Virus record (IMG/VR): IMGVR_UViG_3300049830_000285
Location: 96,001-160,000 of that record
Source of the DNA: a virus
DNA: 64,000 nt
Reading direction: 5' to 3' (one strand)
Shown: positions 1 through 11,400 of the stretch, piece by piece
How positions within the stretch are numbered: position 1 is the first letter of the stretch
Layout of the letters: each line of letters begins with the position of its first letter
Made by a program: the position numbers and the translations under genes
The notes under the pieces: generated by a model
What the model was told of the DNA's origin: nothing
The model's database searches: none
Seen by the model: only the letters and a program-made list of their open reading frames with translations

Positions 1-459
1 TTGGGTGTGGGAACTGAGAAGCGAAAAATGTACTTCAAAATTATTAGTGACCAAACTATTGAAGGTTCTTTGCGTGATAATCTTCAGCTTGAAATTGATA
101 TGCCAGCAGGGGTTGACACCGTTGTCGAAACTGTCTCTCTTCCATTGACTTATATCAGCTCAGCCGATGTAAATGATATATTTACTGGCTCTTATGATTT
201 TCACAAAGAAGATACTGTTAACTTTGTAGATGGATTCGCTTATTTATCAGTGCGATTGCCGTTAAAAATTCAAAGAAATCTTCCGTTAATCTTCCAAGTG
301 AGCACCGATGGTTCTACTTTTACTAATCCAACAAGTTTGCCAGTAAGTTCTTTACCATTTGATGCTTTAAGCATTGAAAATAATGTACAACCTAAATTAG
401 CCAATTCCAAACAGGGTTCGAAAGCTGAAAAAGGGAAAAATAACAAGAATGGTCAATAA
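1..459 (+). CDS. 3' part of a hypothetical protein, probably truncated by the window edge
   Basis: Open from base 1 to TAA at 459, co-oriented with the structural genes; no recognisable motif. Confidence 0.6.
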   Translation: MGVGTEKRKMYFKIISDQTIEGSLRDNLQLEIDMPAGVDTVVETVSLPLTYISSADVNDIFTGSYDFHKEDTVNFVDGFAYLSVRLPLKIQRNLPLIFQVSTDGSTFTNPTSLPVSSLPFDALSIENNVQPKLANSKQGSKAEKGKNNKNGQ

Positions 460-491
460 CCCACAATGTAATCTGGCCATGGTGCTATATT

Positions 492-3400
492 ATGTCAATT
501 GAAGTCAATCTTGTGCTCCCTGATAACCTCAGAAGCTCATTTTTAAGAGGAGAATTTATTGAACAGGGTCAAACATATACGACTCTGCTACAAAGCAATA
601 ATCCAGCAAGGGACTTAAATCGTCATACTTTAAGTTTTGGTTTTGAATTAGTTGACACAGAAACTCGCGAACCAGTAGCATTGACGAGAATTAAATCGTT
701 AAAAATTTCCAATGACCCTGATTTTGACGCAGAATCTACTTTAGAAATCACCAATTGGCCTGTTGGCACATTTGATAGCGCCACCACTTACACATATACC
801 TTTAACCCGTCATATTTCTTTGACTCAGCAAACGTTTCACCTCAGGGTACAGCAGACGACCCAGGTGCAGTAACTGGTAATCCGGGATTCTTTGTTGAAA
901 ATTGGCCTTTGTCTGGCAACGGCGGATTGTCCACTGTGTACTTTAAGGCAATCCTTGAAGCTGGTTCAGATGAAATCACATATCCAGGCTCATATAGTAT
1001 TTTTGACCAAATATTTTGGGAAACAGAAAGACCGTCAACCCCAGGTAAACCAGAAGTATTAACATTCACTGATGGTTGGGTTGGTCGAAAATATGCGTGT
1101 AAATTTAGAGCTTCAGAAGAATCATCCACGGGACGATTTAGCGCAGGTGTGTCTCGATATATCGGTGATATTATTGAAGTTAGAAAAAATGCTATTTCCA
1201 GCGGAATTTACAATCTATATTCCACGCTCGGCTCTTCTTTGACGGGAGTTTCGAGAAGTATCTTACCAGATGAACCAGCTACAGCAATGACTGTTACTGG
1301 ATACAACGTTCAGTACGATAATACAGGATATGCAGCAAATGCTGGCAGAACTATCAACACCAATCTATTACTCAATACTAGTGCTATTTTACGCGGCGCA
1401 GCTTTATATTCTAATACGGCAACAAAGATTACATTGTCTACGACTGCTCCTGATTTTTGTGTTCAGGCACATGTTCAAATGTCGGTAGCTGATTTAAACA
1501 CAGCGAGTCGCTACTATATTAAAGCGTATACAGGTGTATTTAATGCGACATCTGGTTCTGTAGATGAATTGGTGGTCAGAGTTAACCTTCCTGCTCTGAA
1601 AGACATTCTGAATTCCACTTCACCACAGCAACCTACAGCAGACATTTATCGACTATCTGCATCATATACTCCAACAAGTGTATATAGTGTAAACCTACCC
1701 ATGCACATTGTTCCAGCATTACTTGCCGGGGGATTATTAGAGTTATTTCTTAGTAATTTTGATTCTCGTGGTTTGATGCAAGTATCTGCATACTTTACAC
1801 CAGACGGCGCACCTTCAGAATCCATTTTGATTGCAAGCACATTAATGGCAAATAAATTCTCTGACACGGCTGCCATGGGCGGTGCTATTGTTGGAGCCGT
1901 GACGGGCGGTGATGGTACTTTTCAATGCGATGAGTTGATGATTGCCTCTGGTAGATTCCTACTTGATATTGATTTGGGAGATTGTTTTAACGACGACCGC
2001 TCGGAAAACACATGGTTAGCGGCAAATACTACTTCTAAAAATTGGAATACTTTATTAGCAAATGGAAATTGGCTTTATTACACCGAGTTTGTCAGCAACT
2101 TAGCTGATTCGACTCGTGCTGAAAATGTTTCTGGCCCATCTAAGTCAGTGGCTTCTGATGCATTAACACTTTCAGCACCAGGTTATTTAAATCAAAAATC
2201 TGTCGCTGAAATACAATGCTCTACTCCAACTATGTCATCTCGCGCTCAGGTAACATTCGATGCAGACGTAAATGGAAGCACCAACTTTGGAGAATATTAT
2301 GTTGCATTTAGCCCATATGCTGTAACAGAACAACTTTCAACGTTGCGACCTATGGTTTCTCGATGTGACCCATATCAAAATGAAGCTGACGAGCCAATGT
2401 TGTTGCCCACTATTATCGTGGGTTTCTCGCCAGTTCGTGGAATTTATGTTACACAAAGAAATAATGACAATAGTTTAACAACCAAAAAAATAATGCACTT
2501 TACACCAGATGAAAATGGTGCAGAAACATGGAAAGTTGTTATTTCTAATGAGCCGACTGCTGGCAGCGGTGATACTACCAGTTTGGTGATTTTGCGAAAT
2601 AGTGAAGTCGTGGGAACTGTATTTGTCGGCAATTTATTACCATCGAAAGATATGGGGCTTGGATTCTATGTGGCACTTGGCGTTCGCTCCGAGAAAGCCA
2701 CGCAATCCGAGGCATCTGATATATATAATGCAGATTGTATCTTTTCAAATATCTTAATTGAAGGTTTACAAGCAATACACTCAATCGGTGATGACGACCC
2801 TGTTTCTATCAGACATTTTGCTAAATATGATACTGGCGCAACAACTCTTAAGCCGTTAATGGGTCAATATTTGATTGATGGTTCAACTGATGCTGGAGAT
2901 TTTAAATACTCTCTTTATCCTCAGCGAACTATCGTGGCTGATTCAGACACCGATTATATCATTGAAGTTGCGGCAGCTACAGTTGGTGCAAATATTCCAA
3001 AAACATTTGATTGCCCATCGTATCAATTAGATTTAGTCGAAACTTCTTTAGGGGGATTTGTTTTAAACTATGGAGACCTTGTGTTGGTTAAAGACCAAAC
3101 AAATCCACTTGAAAATGGTGTCTACCAAGTTAAATATGACATTGTTACATTTAGGTACTATTGGGAGCGATGGGCTGACTTAAATGAAGGTACGACTATT
3201 ACCGCTAGCACCACGCATCGCTTATACGTTCAAATGCGAGATAGATGGCTTTGGTGCCAAAACTGTCGCGTGGCAACAACAACTGTTGTTGCTGATTTCA
3301 ACAATGTATCCACCACTATTGACGGAGTAGTTGTTAAAGTTGGTGATAGAGTTTTGGTATGTAAAGAATCTTCCAACTTTATTGCACAAGGAATTTATAC

Positions 3401-6400
3401 CGTTGCATCTATTAATTCAAATGGTGTAACTTGCGTACTTAGCCGTGCATCTGACATGAATGTTGATTCACAACTTTCGCCACGCAGCAGAGTTAAAGTC
3501 GAGCTAGGAAACACTTGGGCTGGAACATACTGGGGATTTAAGCTTATAGCGGAATTGCCACCGTCAGCACCATATGTGTTTGGTGTTACCAATATTCACA
3601 TTCATCAACAACCATTTAATTTGTCACTTGAACCATGTCGATACGCCTCTAATATAAATCTGGTTCTCAGCGGACTCGTGGTTGGCCCATATACTCTTAT
3701 TGATGGTGATAGATTGTTGATTAAATCACAAACTAATCAAGTTGAAAATGGTATTTATATCGCACATGCTGGTGCTTGGACAAGAGCCACGGACTTTGAT
3801 GCACCGAGCGATGTATTCCCGCAAATGGTAATACCAGTAAAAGATGGTGTTGTCAATAAGATAACTAGATGGACAATAGACCCAACTATTCACGACAGTT
3901 TATTAGTCGGAACTATTAACATGCGATTTGTAAAAGTCCCTAATCTAGAGGGTCTCACTTGGTTTTTGGACACCGATGAAGAAACTGTTATCGGCACAAC
4001 TGATATTAAGTTTACAAGTTCCAATTATGCACAAAGCTTTGATGTTGGACAGATGGGATTGAATACATCATTCACAAGTGAACTTTTAGATTTGAAAGTT
4101 CGTAATGATGGTACTGATTTCACATCAAATATGTTTCCATCAGTACGCTTACATCTACACGATGCAAGCACTGGTAAGATTGGAGCGCCACTGACTGACT
4201 GGATACCGTCTGGAAGAAGGTTGTACGAAAGTTTTGCAGAACACGGTGGTTTAATTTCTCAAAATGACTTGGTTCAATTTGAAATGACAAGTCAACCATT
4301 ATATTTAGATTCCGGTCGAAAATATTGGTTGATTGTTCGCACTCCTCCTGCCACATCCTTGCGTTCCGCAAATGCGAGCGAATTAAACTTTGATAAAATG
4401 GTAGACACTAATGAATTTACAGGTTTGAATTTGATTAATGATTTGTATTTCAAATTATTTGCACGAAGCATCGAACGATACGATAGCACCACTCACGCCA
4501 CAGCCATTCATTCTCGTGTCAGAGCTGATTCTCACGCAAGGGTAGAAAGCTCAGCTAGTTTATTATCTAGCGTTGTGCGTGTTGATTTGCAAGCGCCTAC
4601 GTCATCTTCTGTGACGGGTCGTCCATTTGTGGAACCAACTATTATTCCTTCCGTAAGAAGCGCCGTATTGAGTATTGATGCAACAGATGATGATTCTGGA
4701 ATGCTTGCTTTTAGAATCGGAAAAGAGGGGCACTATGGTATGGTTGATTTTACTTGTTGGCAACCATGGTCGGCTTTTGAGAACGCTGGAATCATCGAAT
4801 ACACAACATATCTTTACAATACTTGGTGGAACAACTCACTTGGGGAAAACAATGCTTTGATATTTGATTCTACAGGCACAGGACACGCTATTGCTGGTTC
4901 TACATCAGATGGCTCACGAAGAGTGTGGGTTCAGGTAATGGATGGTGTGGGTAATATTTCTGAATCCTATCCACTTACATTGATTGCCCAGGGATTGGCG
5001 CTAGTGGATACAGTTGCTCCAGCGGGAGCTTTGAGTTTTTCTAATAATTTAACTGGATTAACGGCAAACATTACAAATACTTCTTCTACACTACTTGCCA
5101 CTTCTGGCGCAGATAGAACAAGTGCAGTCAAAGATATTCGCTTCCGCGCTCTTAAAGCAGGCTCTGCCAGAACATGGTCTCCTTGGTATTCTTCAGAAGA
5201 ATACGTTCAATGGGCTATTGATAATGATATTAATAGTGTGACAGACGGTTTAAAGAGAGTTGAAGCTCAATTTAGAGATTATGGTAATAATATTGAATAC
5301 GAAGCTGCATTATGGGATTCTATTTATGAGTCTGCGGATAAAAATGTGCTCTTTATTGCCATGGCAACTTGGAAACCATTAAGCGCCACCGATGAAACAT
5401 TATATTTGTCTGGCATTAAGTCTGAAAATTACACTGGAGTCAGTTTGTCGGATAGCTTCAGTAAGGATTATCCTGACAATACCGCATATTATGCTGTGTC
5501 CACTGAAGTTGGAAGCATTGGAAGACAAATTCGAGTAAGAAGTTCTGACCATGTTACGGCATATATTAATGCATCGCCTACAACAGATTTTGTCATAGAT
5601 GGTACTCGCGGTTTAATCGTATTCAACACGCCAACAACAGAAGGAGATGTGCTAACTGCCGACATTCATCGCGACTATGCCGTTATTTATAAGTGGGACG
5701 GGAACGCTGTGTTGAAAATAGTTGACATGGGATATTACGAGGAGCCAGCTATTATATCTATGTGCTCCACTCATTTGTTTGCCACAACAAGTGATGATAA
5801 CTTTGTGCTACTCGGCGGTGCCTCTGGAAGAGTTTGGAAATTTAACGGAAGCAATGTATCCGGCCCAGTCTTCACTGGCACAGAGGATAATTACGCACTG
5901 CCAATAACCACTCTTACGATTCATCAATTCCCACATGAAAGCAATCCATATGTTTACGCAGGAACAGCTAACTTCCCGCGATTATATCGAGCTTCCCTTC
6001 CAAATTCGGACACAAGTACCGCATGGAGTGCCGTAGCTGATATTGGATTCTTACAAAGCGGAATAGGTGATATTACATGTGCGTGCAGTGCTTACGGTAT
6101 GTTGTTCCTCGGAACAAATAGCGGACGAGTGTTGCGCTATGAAAGAACGTTAATCAATACAACAGATTCCACAGAACAAGAGACGCTTGAAGAAAGTCTT
6201 TTGCAAAATGAATACATTGGAGAATATGAATCCAATGTATTACCAGTGTCATGTTTATTGGCAACTCAGGAGCAAATCTTAGCTGGTATTGGTGATAGAC
6301 CAGAAATATGGAATTTTGTTTTAACACATCAAATTCAACCAAAGCCAAGCGAGCTATGGGCAAAGCAATTGTTCAATAAATGGTTCATTCACGACTCGGT

Positions 6401-8390
6401 GCCATGGCAATATTACAGCACAGTTGAGAAGGGCTCTTTGTTAAATTCAAGCGGAAGAACTCACCTCAGGGGCGACAGCAGTGTAGTTGCCGAATCCATT
6501 AGTGACCCAGATACAGAAAATGGCTATAGAGATTTGATTCTACTGTCAGGTGGCGCAGCGGGAACTCAAACAGAATTTATAGCTAATACTGGCACAGACT
6601 GGGAGCAATTAATTAGTAATAATACGCCAAGCAATACCTTGCAAAATGTAGTTGCTGCTACAGTAGATGAACTCTCGTTCGAGCCAGTATACAATAATGG
6701 AGCTGCTGGAGTTGGTGCAACCCTCACAGCGACCATTCACGGCGTTTTAGTTGTTGATGGCGTCACTATTGCAATAAACAACAGAATCTTGGTTAAAGAC
6801 CAAGCAAATAGCGCTCATAACGGTGTCTATTCATTAACACAAGTTGGCACTAGTGGTGTTTATTACATTCTCACTAGAGTTGTTGATTTAGATGGGTCAG
6901 CCGATTTCATATCCAATCTATCTGTCAAATCGACTGGCGGCGATTTGAATGCAAATAATAGCTGGTTGCTCTATTCCGAGGCATCATATGTAACTGGAAC
7001 AACCGCGATTATATGGTTGAAGCCAACGTGGGCTATGGAATTCGATATGATGTATTTCACCGGAGCGAAGCAAGGTTTCCGCGTGAGCGATGGATATTAT
7101 GTGACTGATGTTTCATTGTCTTCAAGCGAGTTGACTTTAAGTAGCGGCGGAAAAACCAAAACTGTGCCATTTAGAGACACCAATATTCAAACAATGTCTA
7201 TTGGTGGCGCAAAATACCCAGCCTCAAACGTTAAAAAGATTTGGAATTTCTTTAATACAGGCTCTATTCAAGACAGAGGCCCGTATTGGACTGGGGAAGA
7301 GTCTTCTGCATCCGCTAGTGTCGAGGATTGGAATACTTATCGTTTTGTTATCCCGAGTAATGCTACAATGGGTGTCGGGGCAGAGGAACCAGAAACTAAT
7401 GCTTCCTTTACTACTAAAACTCAATTTGTTCGCATAACACCAACTGCAACAAGTGGAGCGCCAAGATTTGGTATTACAAATCTTGCCTCACCAATATCTG
7501 TAAACACAAGAACAAAAGTCTATGTTCGACTTCGTATAACTGACAATTCGACTTCAAATAGTGTGGAGCCCGCCATTGATTCCTTCGACTTGTCGAAGGT
7601 TAAGATTAGATTTGCCTGGTCTGAATCTAGCAATATTAGTGAAAATACTTCGTGGTATGAACTAGCTGCTAAAAACACTAATGGATTTGAACTTTATGTA
7701 TTCGAACCTTCGTGGAACCAATCATTGCGCTCGTTATCTGTTGAAGTGTCTGGACTTGACGAGGGCATAGGTGCTTCTAGACCATATGTGGATGTTGATT
7801 ATGTTGCCCTAGTAGCTGATGAATTGGCACCAAATTTTGCAGATAACTTCACACAAGTTCGAGTTGCTGTTGAGGGAAGAGATGTTAAAGTTTGGCTGGG
7901 CAAATCGGAACAACCACTTTTAAATGAGATTAATTTCTTGACATTGCCAACAACGCAGATGGAAGTAAGATTTGGAAAGATTGATAGTCTGCAAGAAGCA
8001 AGCACCTGGGGCTGGGGATATGTGCAATTTGTTGTGGGTGGCACCGCCGCCGATAGATTAGAGCGAGCGCCAACAAAGCGTTTAATATACGATTTTACAT
8101 TGCAAAGCAGGCTGCCGTCCACTGGCGGAGTTCGATGTTTGGTCAACTATCAGGGTTCAGCTTGGGCACTTACAGATGGAATATCAGAAATGAAAATATC
8201 AGATAATCCAAATGATAGAGCGGCTAAAACTTTTGAATATATTGCAGAACAAGAAACCTGGAGCATGAGAGAGCCACCATGTCCAAAAGAAACATCTGGA
8301 AAAGGATTAATTCATCCTTTGGCGGCAACTTCTTACTACGGAACACTAATTGTTACTGGTGAACGCGGGAATATTCGCTTTACAACTTAG
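492..8390 (+). CDS. Giant virion-associated protein (2632 aa) with 4 tail-fibre-type modules and beta-propeller-like regions
   Basis: Uninterrupted 7.9-kb ORF, T/S/G/N-rich. Four copies of DGV-x-GDRVLVKDQ-x-NGVY (e.g. DGVTIAINNRILVKDQANSAHNGVY). Confidence 0.75.
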   Translation: MSIEVNLVLPDNLRSSFLRGEFIEQGQTYTTLLQSNNPARDLNRHTLSFGFELVDTETREPVALTRIKSLKISNDPDFDAESTLEITNWPVGTFDSATTYTYTFNPSYFFDSANVSPQGTADDPGAVTGNPGFFVENWPLSGNGGLSTVYFKAILEAGSDEITYPGSYSIFDQIFWETERPSTPGKPEVLTFTDGWVGRKYACKFRASEESSTGRFSAGVSRYIGDIIEVRKNAISSGIYNLYSTLGSSLTGVSRSILPDEPATAMTVTGYNVQYDNTGYAANAGRTINTNLLLNTSAILRGAALYSNTATKITLSTTAPDFCVQAHVQMSVADLNTASRYYIKAYTGVFNATSGSVDELVVRVNLPALKDILNSTSPQQPTADIYRLSASYTPTSVYSVNLPMHIVPALLAGGLLELFLSNFDSRGLMQVSAYFTPDGAPSESILIASTLMANKFSDTAAMGGAIVGAVTGGDGTFQCDELMIASGRFLLDIDLGDCFNDDRSENTWLAANTTSKNWNTLLANGNWLYYTEFVSNLADSTRAENVSGPSKSVASDALTLSAPGYLNQKSVAEIQCSTPTMSSRAQVTFDADVNGSTNFGEYYVAFSPYAVTEQLSTLRPMVSRCDPYQNEADEPMLLPTIIVGFSPVRGIYVTQRNNDNSLTTKKIMHFTPDENGAETWKVVISNEPTAGSGDTTSLVILRNSEVVGTVFVGNLLPSKDMGLGFYVALGVRSEKATQSEASDIYNADCIFSNILIEGLQAIHSIGDDDPVSIRHFAKYDTGATTLKPLMGQYLIDGSTDAGDFKYSLYPQRTIVADSDTDYIIEVAAATVGANIPKTFDCPSYQLDLVETSLGGFVLNYGDLVLVKDQTNPLENGVYQVKYDIVTFRYYWERWADLNEGTTITASTTHRLYVQMRDRWLWCQNCRVATTTVVADFNNVSTTIDGVVVKVGDRVLVCKESSNFIAQGIYTVASINSNGVTCVLSRASDMNVDSQLSPRSRVKVELGNTWAGTYWGFKLIAELPPSAPYVFGVTNIHIHQQPFNLSLEPCRYASNINLVLSGLVVGPYTLIDGDRLLIKSQTNQVENGIYIAHAGAWTRATDFDAPSDVFPQMVIPVKDGVVNKITRWTIDPTIHDSLLVGTINMRFVKVPNLEGLTWFLDTDEETVIGTTDIKFTSSNYAQSFDVGQMGLNTSFTSELLDLKVRNDGTDFTSNMFPSVRLHLHDASTGKIGAPLTDWIPSGRRLYESFAEHGGLISQNDLVQFEMTSQPLYLDSGRKYWLIVRTPPATSLRSANASELNFDKMVDTNEFTGLNLINDLYFKLFARSIERYDSTTHATAIHSRVRADSHARVESSASLLSSVVRVDLQAPTSSSVTGRPFVEPTIIPSVRSAVLSIDATDDDSGMLAFRIGKEGHYGMVDFTCWQPWSAFENAGIIEYTTYLYNTWWNNSLGENNALIFDSTGTGHAIAGSTSDGSRRVWVQVMDGVGNISESYPLTLIAQGLALVDTVAPAGALSFSNNLTGLTANITNTSSTLLATSGADRTSAVKDIRFRALKAGSARTWSPWYSSEEYVQWAIDNDINSVTDGLKRVEAQFRDYGNNIEYEAALWDSIYESADKNVLFIAMATWKPLSATDETLYLSGIKSENYTGVSLSDSFSKDYPDNTAYYAVSTEVGSIGRQIRVRSSDHVTAYINASPTTDFVIDGTRGLIVFNTPTTEGDVLTADIHRDYAVIYKWDGNAVLKIVDMGYYEEPAIISMCSTHLFATTSDDNFVLLGGASGRVWKFNGSNVSGPVFTGTEDNYALPITTLTIHQFPHESNPYVYAGTANFPRLYRASLPNSDTSTAWSAVADIGFLQSGIGDITCACSAYGMLFLGTNSGRVLRYERTLINTTDSTEQETLEESLLQNEYIGEYESNVLPVSCLLATQEQILAGIGDRPEIWNFVLTHQIQPKPSELWAKQLFNKWFIHDSVPWQYYSTVEKGSLLNSSGRTHLRGDSSVVAESISDPDTENGYRDLILLSGGAAGTQTEFIANTGTDWEQLISNNTPSNTLQNVVAATVDELSFEPVYNNGAAGVGATLTATIHGVLVVDGVTIAINNRILVKDQANSAHNGVYSLTQVGTSGVYYILTRVVDLDGSADFISNLSVKSTGGDLNANNSWLLYSEASYVTGTTAIIWLKPTWAMEFDMMYFTGAKQGFRVSDGYYVTDVSLSSSELTLSSGGKTKTVPFRDTNIQTMSIGGAKYPASNVKKIWNFFNTGSIQDRGPYWTGEESSASASVEDWNTYRFVIPSNATMGVGAEEPETNASFTTKTQFVRITPTATSGAPRFGITNLASPISVNTRTKVYVRLRITDNSTSNSVEPAIDSFDLSKVKIRFAWSESSNISENTSWYELAAKNTNGFELYVFEPSWNQSLRSLSVEVSGLDEGIGASRPYVDVDYVALVADELAPNFADNFTQVRVAVEGRDVKVWLGKSEQPLLNEINFLTLPTTQMEVRFGKIDSLQEASTWGWGYVQFVVGGTAADRLERAPTKRLIYDFTLQSRLPSTGGVRCLVNYQGSAWALTDGISEMKISDNPNDRAAKTFEYIAEQETWSMREPPCPKETSGKGLIHPLAATSYYGTLIVTGERGNIRFTT

Positions 8391-8442
8391 TTCAACGCAG
8401 GCCATGGGCTTCCCGTTGTATAAAAAGTAATGGAAGCATACA

Positions 8443-11400
8443 ATGGCCGCACCAACTTTTACATCAGCACTGACGAGCCAAGACGGATTAACAGTTGAAA
8501 TCTTACTTGGTGGCTCTGGGGTTACATCAATCATCCCTGCCACGGGAGCTATTACGGGCTGGACATTAGTCCAAGACCCCGCTGGTTCGGCAACAACTAT
8601 TCCAATTACGACAGCTTATCGAAAGGGCTCGTCTGGTGCTGATGCACTTACTGTTGTTCTTACACTTCAAACTAGATTAACCGCCTTAAGTGTATTGAAA
8701 TTATCCTATTCATCTGGAACAGGAAATATCACCGACCAAACTGCTGCCTTCCCAATGGCAACTTATGCTGGCAGTAACAGCAACTGCGTTAATTATACTG
8801 GGCGTCCCGTATTTTTATCTGCTGCCACCAGTTTAGATGGTCAATTTATTGACATTGTTTTTAATGATTATGATAGCACTTCTATTTTGCCATCTAATCA
8901 GGGAATTCCTGGATTCATAGTCAAGGTTGGTGGTAGTGGTGGAACCTCCCAAACCTTTCCAAACCCAATTAGAAAGGGCGATTCTGGCTCAGACCTTAAA
9001 ACTGTTCGAATCACATTAACGACACCGCTGCTTTATACTGATTCAAACATAGTTGTTAAATACACACCAGATGTTTCTGTATTTATTACTGATAATAGTG
9101 CCCCTCCTGTTCCGACTCTGGCATTTGATTATCAATCAGTTACACAAAATACTATTGAAAGAATAGCCCCAGCATTTGCAAGTGCTCACACATCAACAGA
9201 TGGTTATAGTGTCTATGTAGTATTTACAGAAACGGGCCCGCCGTCTCCGGGTAAAATTTTACCAGAAAGCATTAATATCGCTGGATTTACGATAACAGAA
9301 GATGTCGGCGCTGGTTATGTTACTAGAAATCAAGTTAGTGCCATTCGAAGTACCGATACTATGGATGCAAATTATTTGCGAACCATAATTATCACTCTGA
9401 ACACGCCTTTAACATACAATAAAGTATATAAAATTGCATATGCTAATGTAACTGGCAAACCAAAAGTAACTGATGGAGCCACAATACCTAATAATCTTTT
9501 GGCATTCACTTCTTCACCAGTAACCAACACCACCACATATGAGCGCATTCTTCCAGTTTTTCTTAGCGCCACTACTAGTAGCACAAATCTTGTTTTAGTG
9601 AATTTTACAGAGGCTAATTCTGTTCCATTAGCGCCAACATCACCAAGTGGCTTTATTTTACGAGCAAATGGCGCAAATATTCCATTTAGTATAACTAGAA
9701 CAAGCAACACTCAATACACACTAACGCGAACTGATTATAAAACCTGGGGTGCAGAAGATTATATCACCGTTGAATATGTTCAACCAACTTCTAATTTTGT
9801 AACTGATGCAGCTCCAGCTAGTAATAAATTAGCTAGTTTCGGGCCAAATGTTGTAACAAACGCTATTGTAAATAATACATCAGCACCATTGTTTGTTCGT
9901 GCTGCTACAAATGTTACCGGGAATAGTATTGTAGTTTATATTCGCGAAAATCACAGCTTTCCACCATATATTAACCCATCAACTGGAATTACAGGGTTTT
10001 ATGTTACTGTAAATGGAGTTCCCAGAGACATTATTTCCGCAGTTCGTGGAAATACTATCACAACATTTACAGATGTAAACCGCACCATCAATTTAGCTTT
10101 GGCTTATCCAGTTAGGGCAAAAGATTTGATTAAACTAAATTATTACAATGGTAATGTGGTTGATGTAGATACAGATTCTTCTCCTAATAATTTAGGAAAT
10201 TTCTCATCATTGGTGGAAAACACGACTGCGGCTAAAATCTTTGGAACCAATGTTGCGTTTGCTACTTTTGACTCTGATGAAATATTTAGAACTCAACAAT
10301 TCGATATTCTTCGTTCTTATGGAATACAGTGGATAAGAGATTATCAAGTAGACGGACAGGTGGACACTAATCCGGGTACCCAAACTGTGAATCGTGCGCA
10401 TGCTGTTGTTGTTGCTCGTCAGGCATTAGATTTAGATATCACACCATCTATTGTTTTGGCTGATTCCAATTACGGAATCGAGAATTCAGATGGAGTTAAC
10501 TTTACAGCCGCTAATTTTAATGCTTTCAAACATCGTTTTGCTGACCCAGCAGAGAAATCTGATGTACGACGAGCAATGTTGTGCGCCGCTATTGCTGGCA
10601 ACCTAACAACAGTCTTAACCTGGGTTTTAAATGACGTAAGTGCATTAAATGAACTATTCCCATATGGAACAGTTGGAGAAGAATTTAATGGGCCTAGATT
10701 ATATGAATGGAGATATTTAGCACCAAATGGTGGCTGTTCATGGGATGCATTTGAGCGCGTTTTATCCGGGACACGCGGAGCAGTTGTGTTTAATGTCTCT
10801 GGAAATGTAACGTCTGGAAGTGCATTACCAACAAGCACGGATTTTGCAACATTTTGCGCAGCATTGCCAGTACCTATTAACTTTACTGCTGTTTCAGAAA
10901 GTACATTGAGGTCGCGTTTCGAAAGCTTCAGAGCTTCGTTAGCTACTCGATGGACTAAGGGCGGAACATTGGGTAAAAGCGTCTTAGTGGAAAATGACGA
11001 TAGTAGCACCCTGGAAATTGGAGATTCTTCTTCTCGTGTTGTAACAGCTTTCAATTACAAACGATATGATTCTATTAGCGGTGACCCAGTAGTGAATAGG
11101 GGAGCTAAACAAATAGCTTTGGCACAAACTTTATATAATGCGAATTATCACACGGTGTTATTAGACGAATGGACTGAAAGAACTATAGATATTACTTTTA
11201 CTCTTGGTTCTGGAAAAACCATGCCTTTATGGACTGCTGGAACAGCAGCAGGTTCTTATTATGCTTTATTGGCAAATGATGTTACAAATTACGGTAATCT
11301 TTCTGCGTCACATCTTTGTATAGACCAAACAGACTGTGACGCGGCTATGCATTCAATTTCCCAATTGTTTGAACTTACGCAAGCTTCAAATGATTTATCT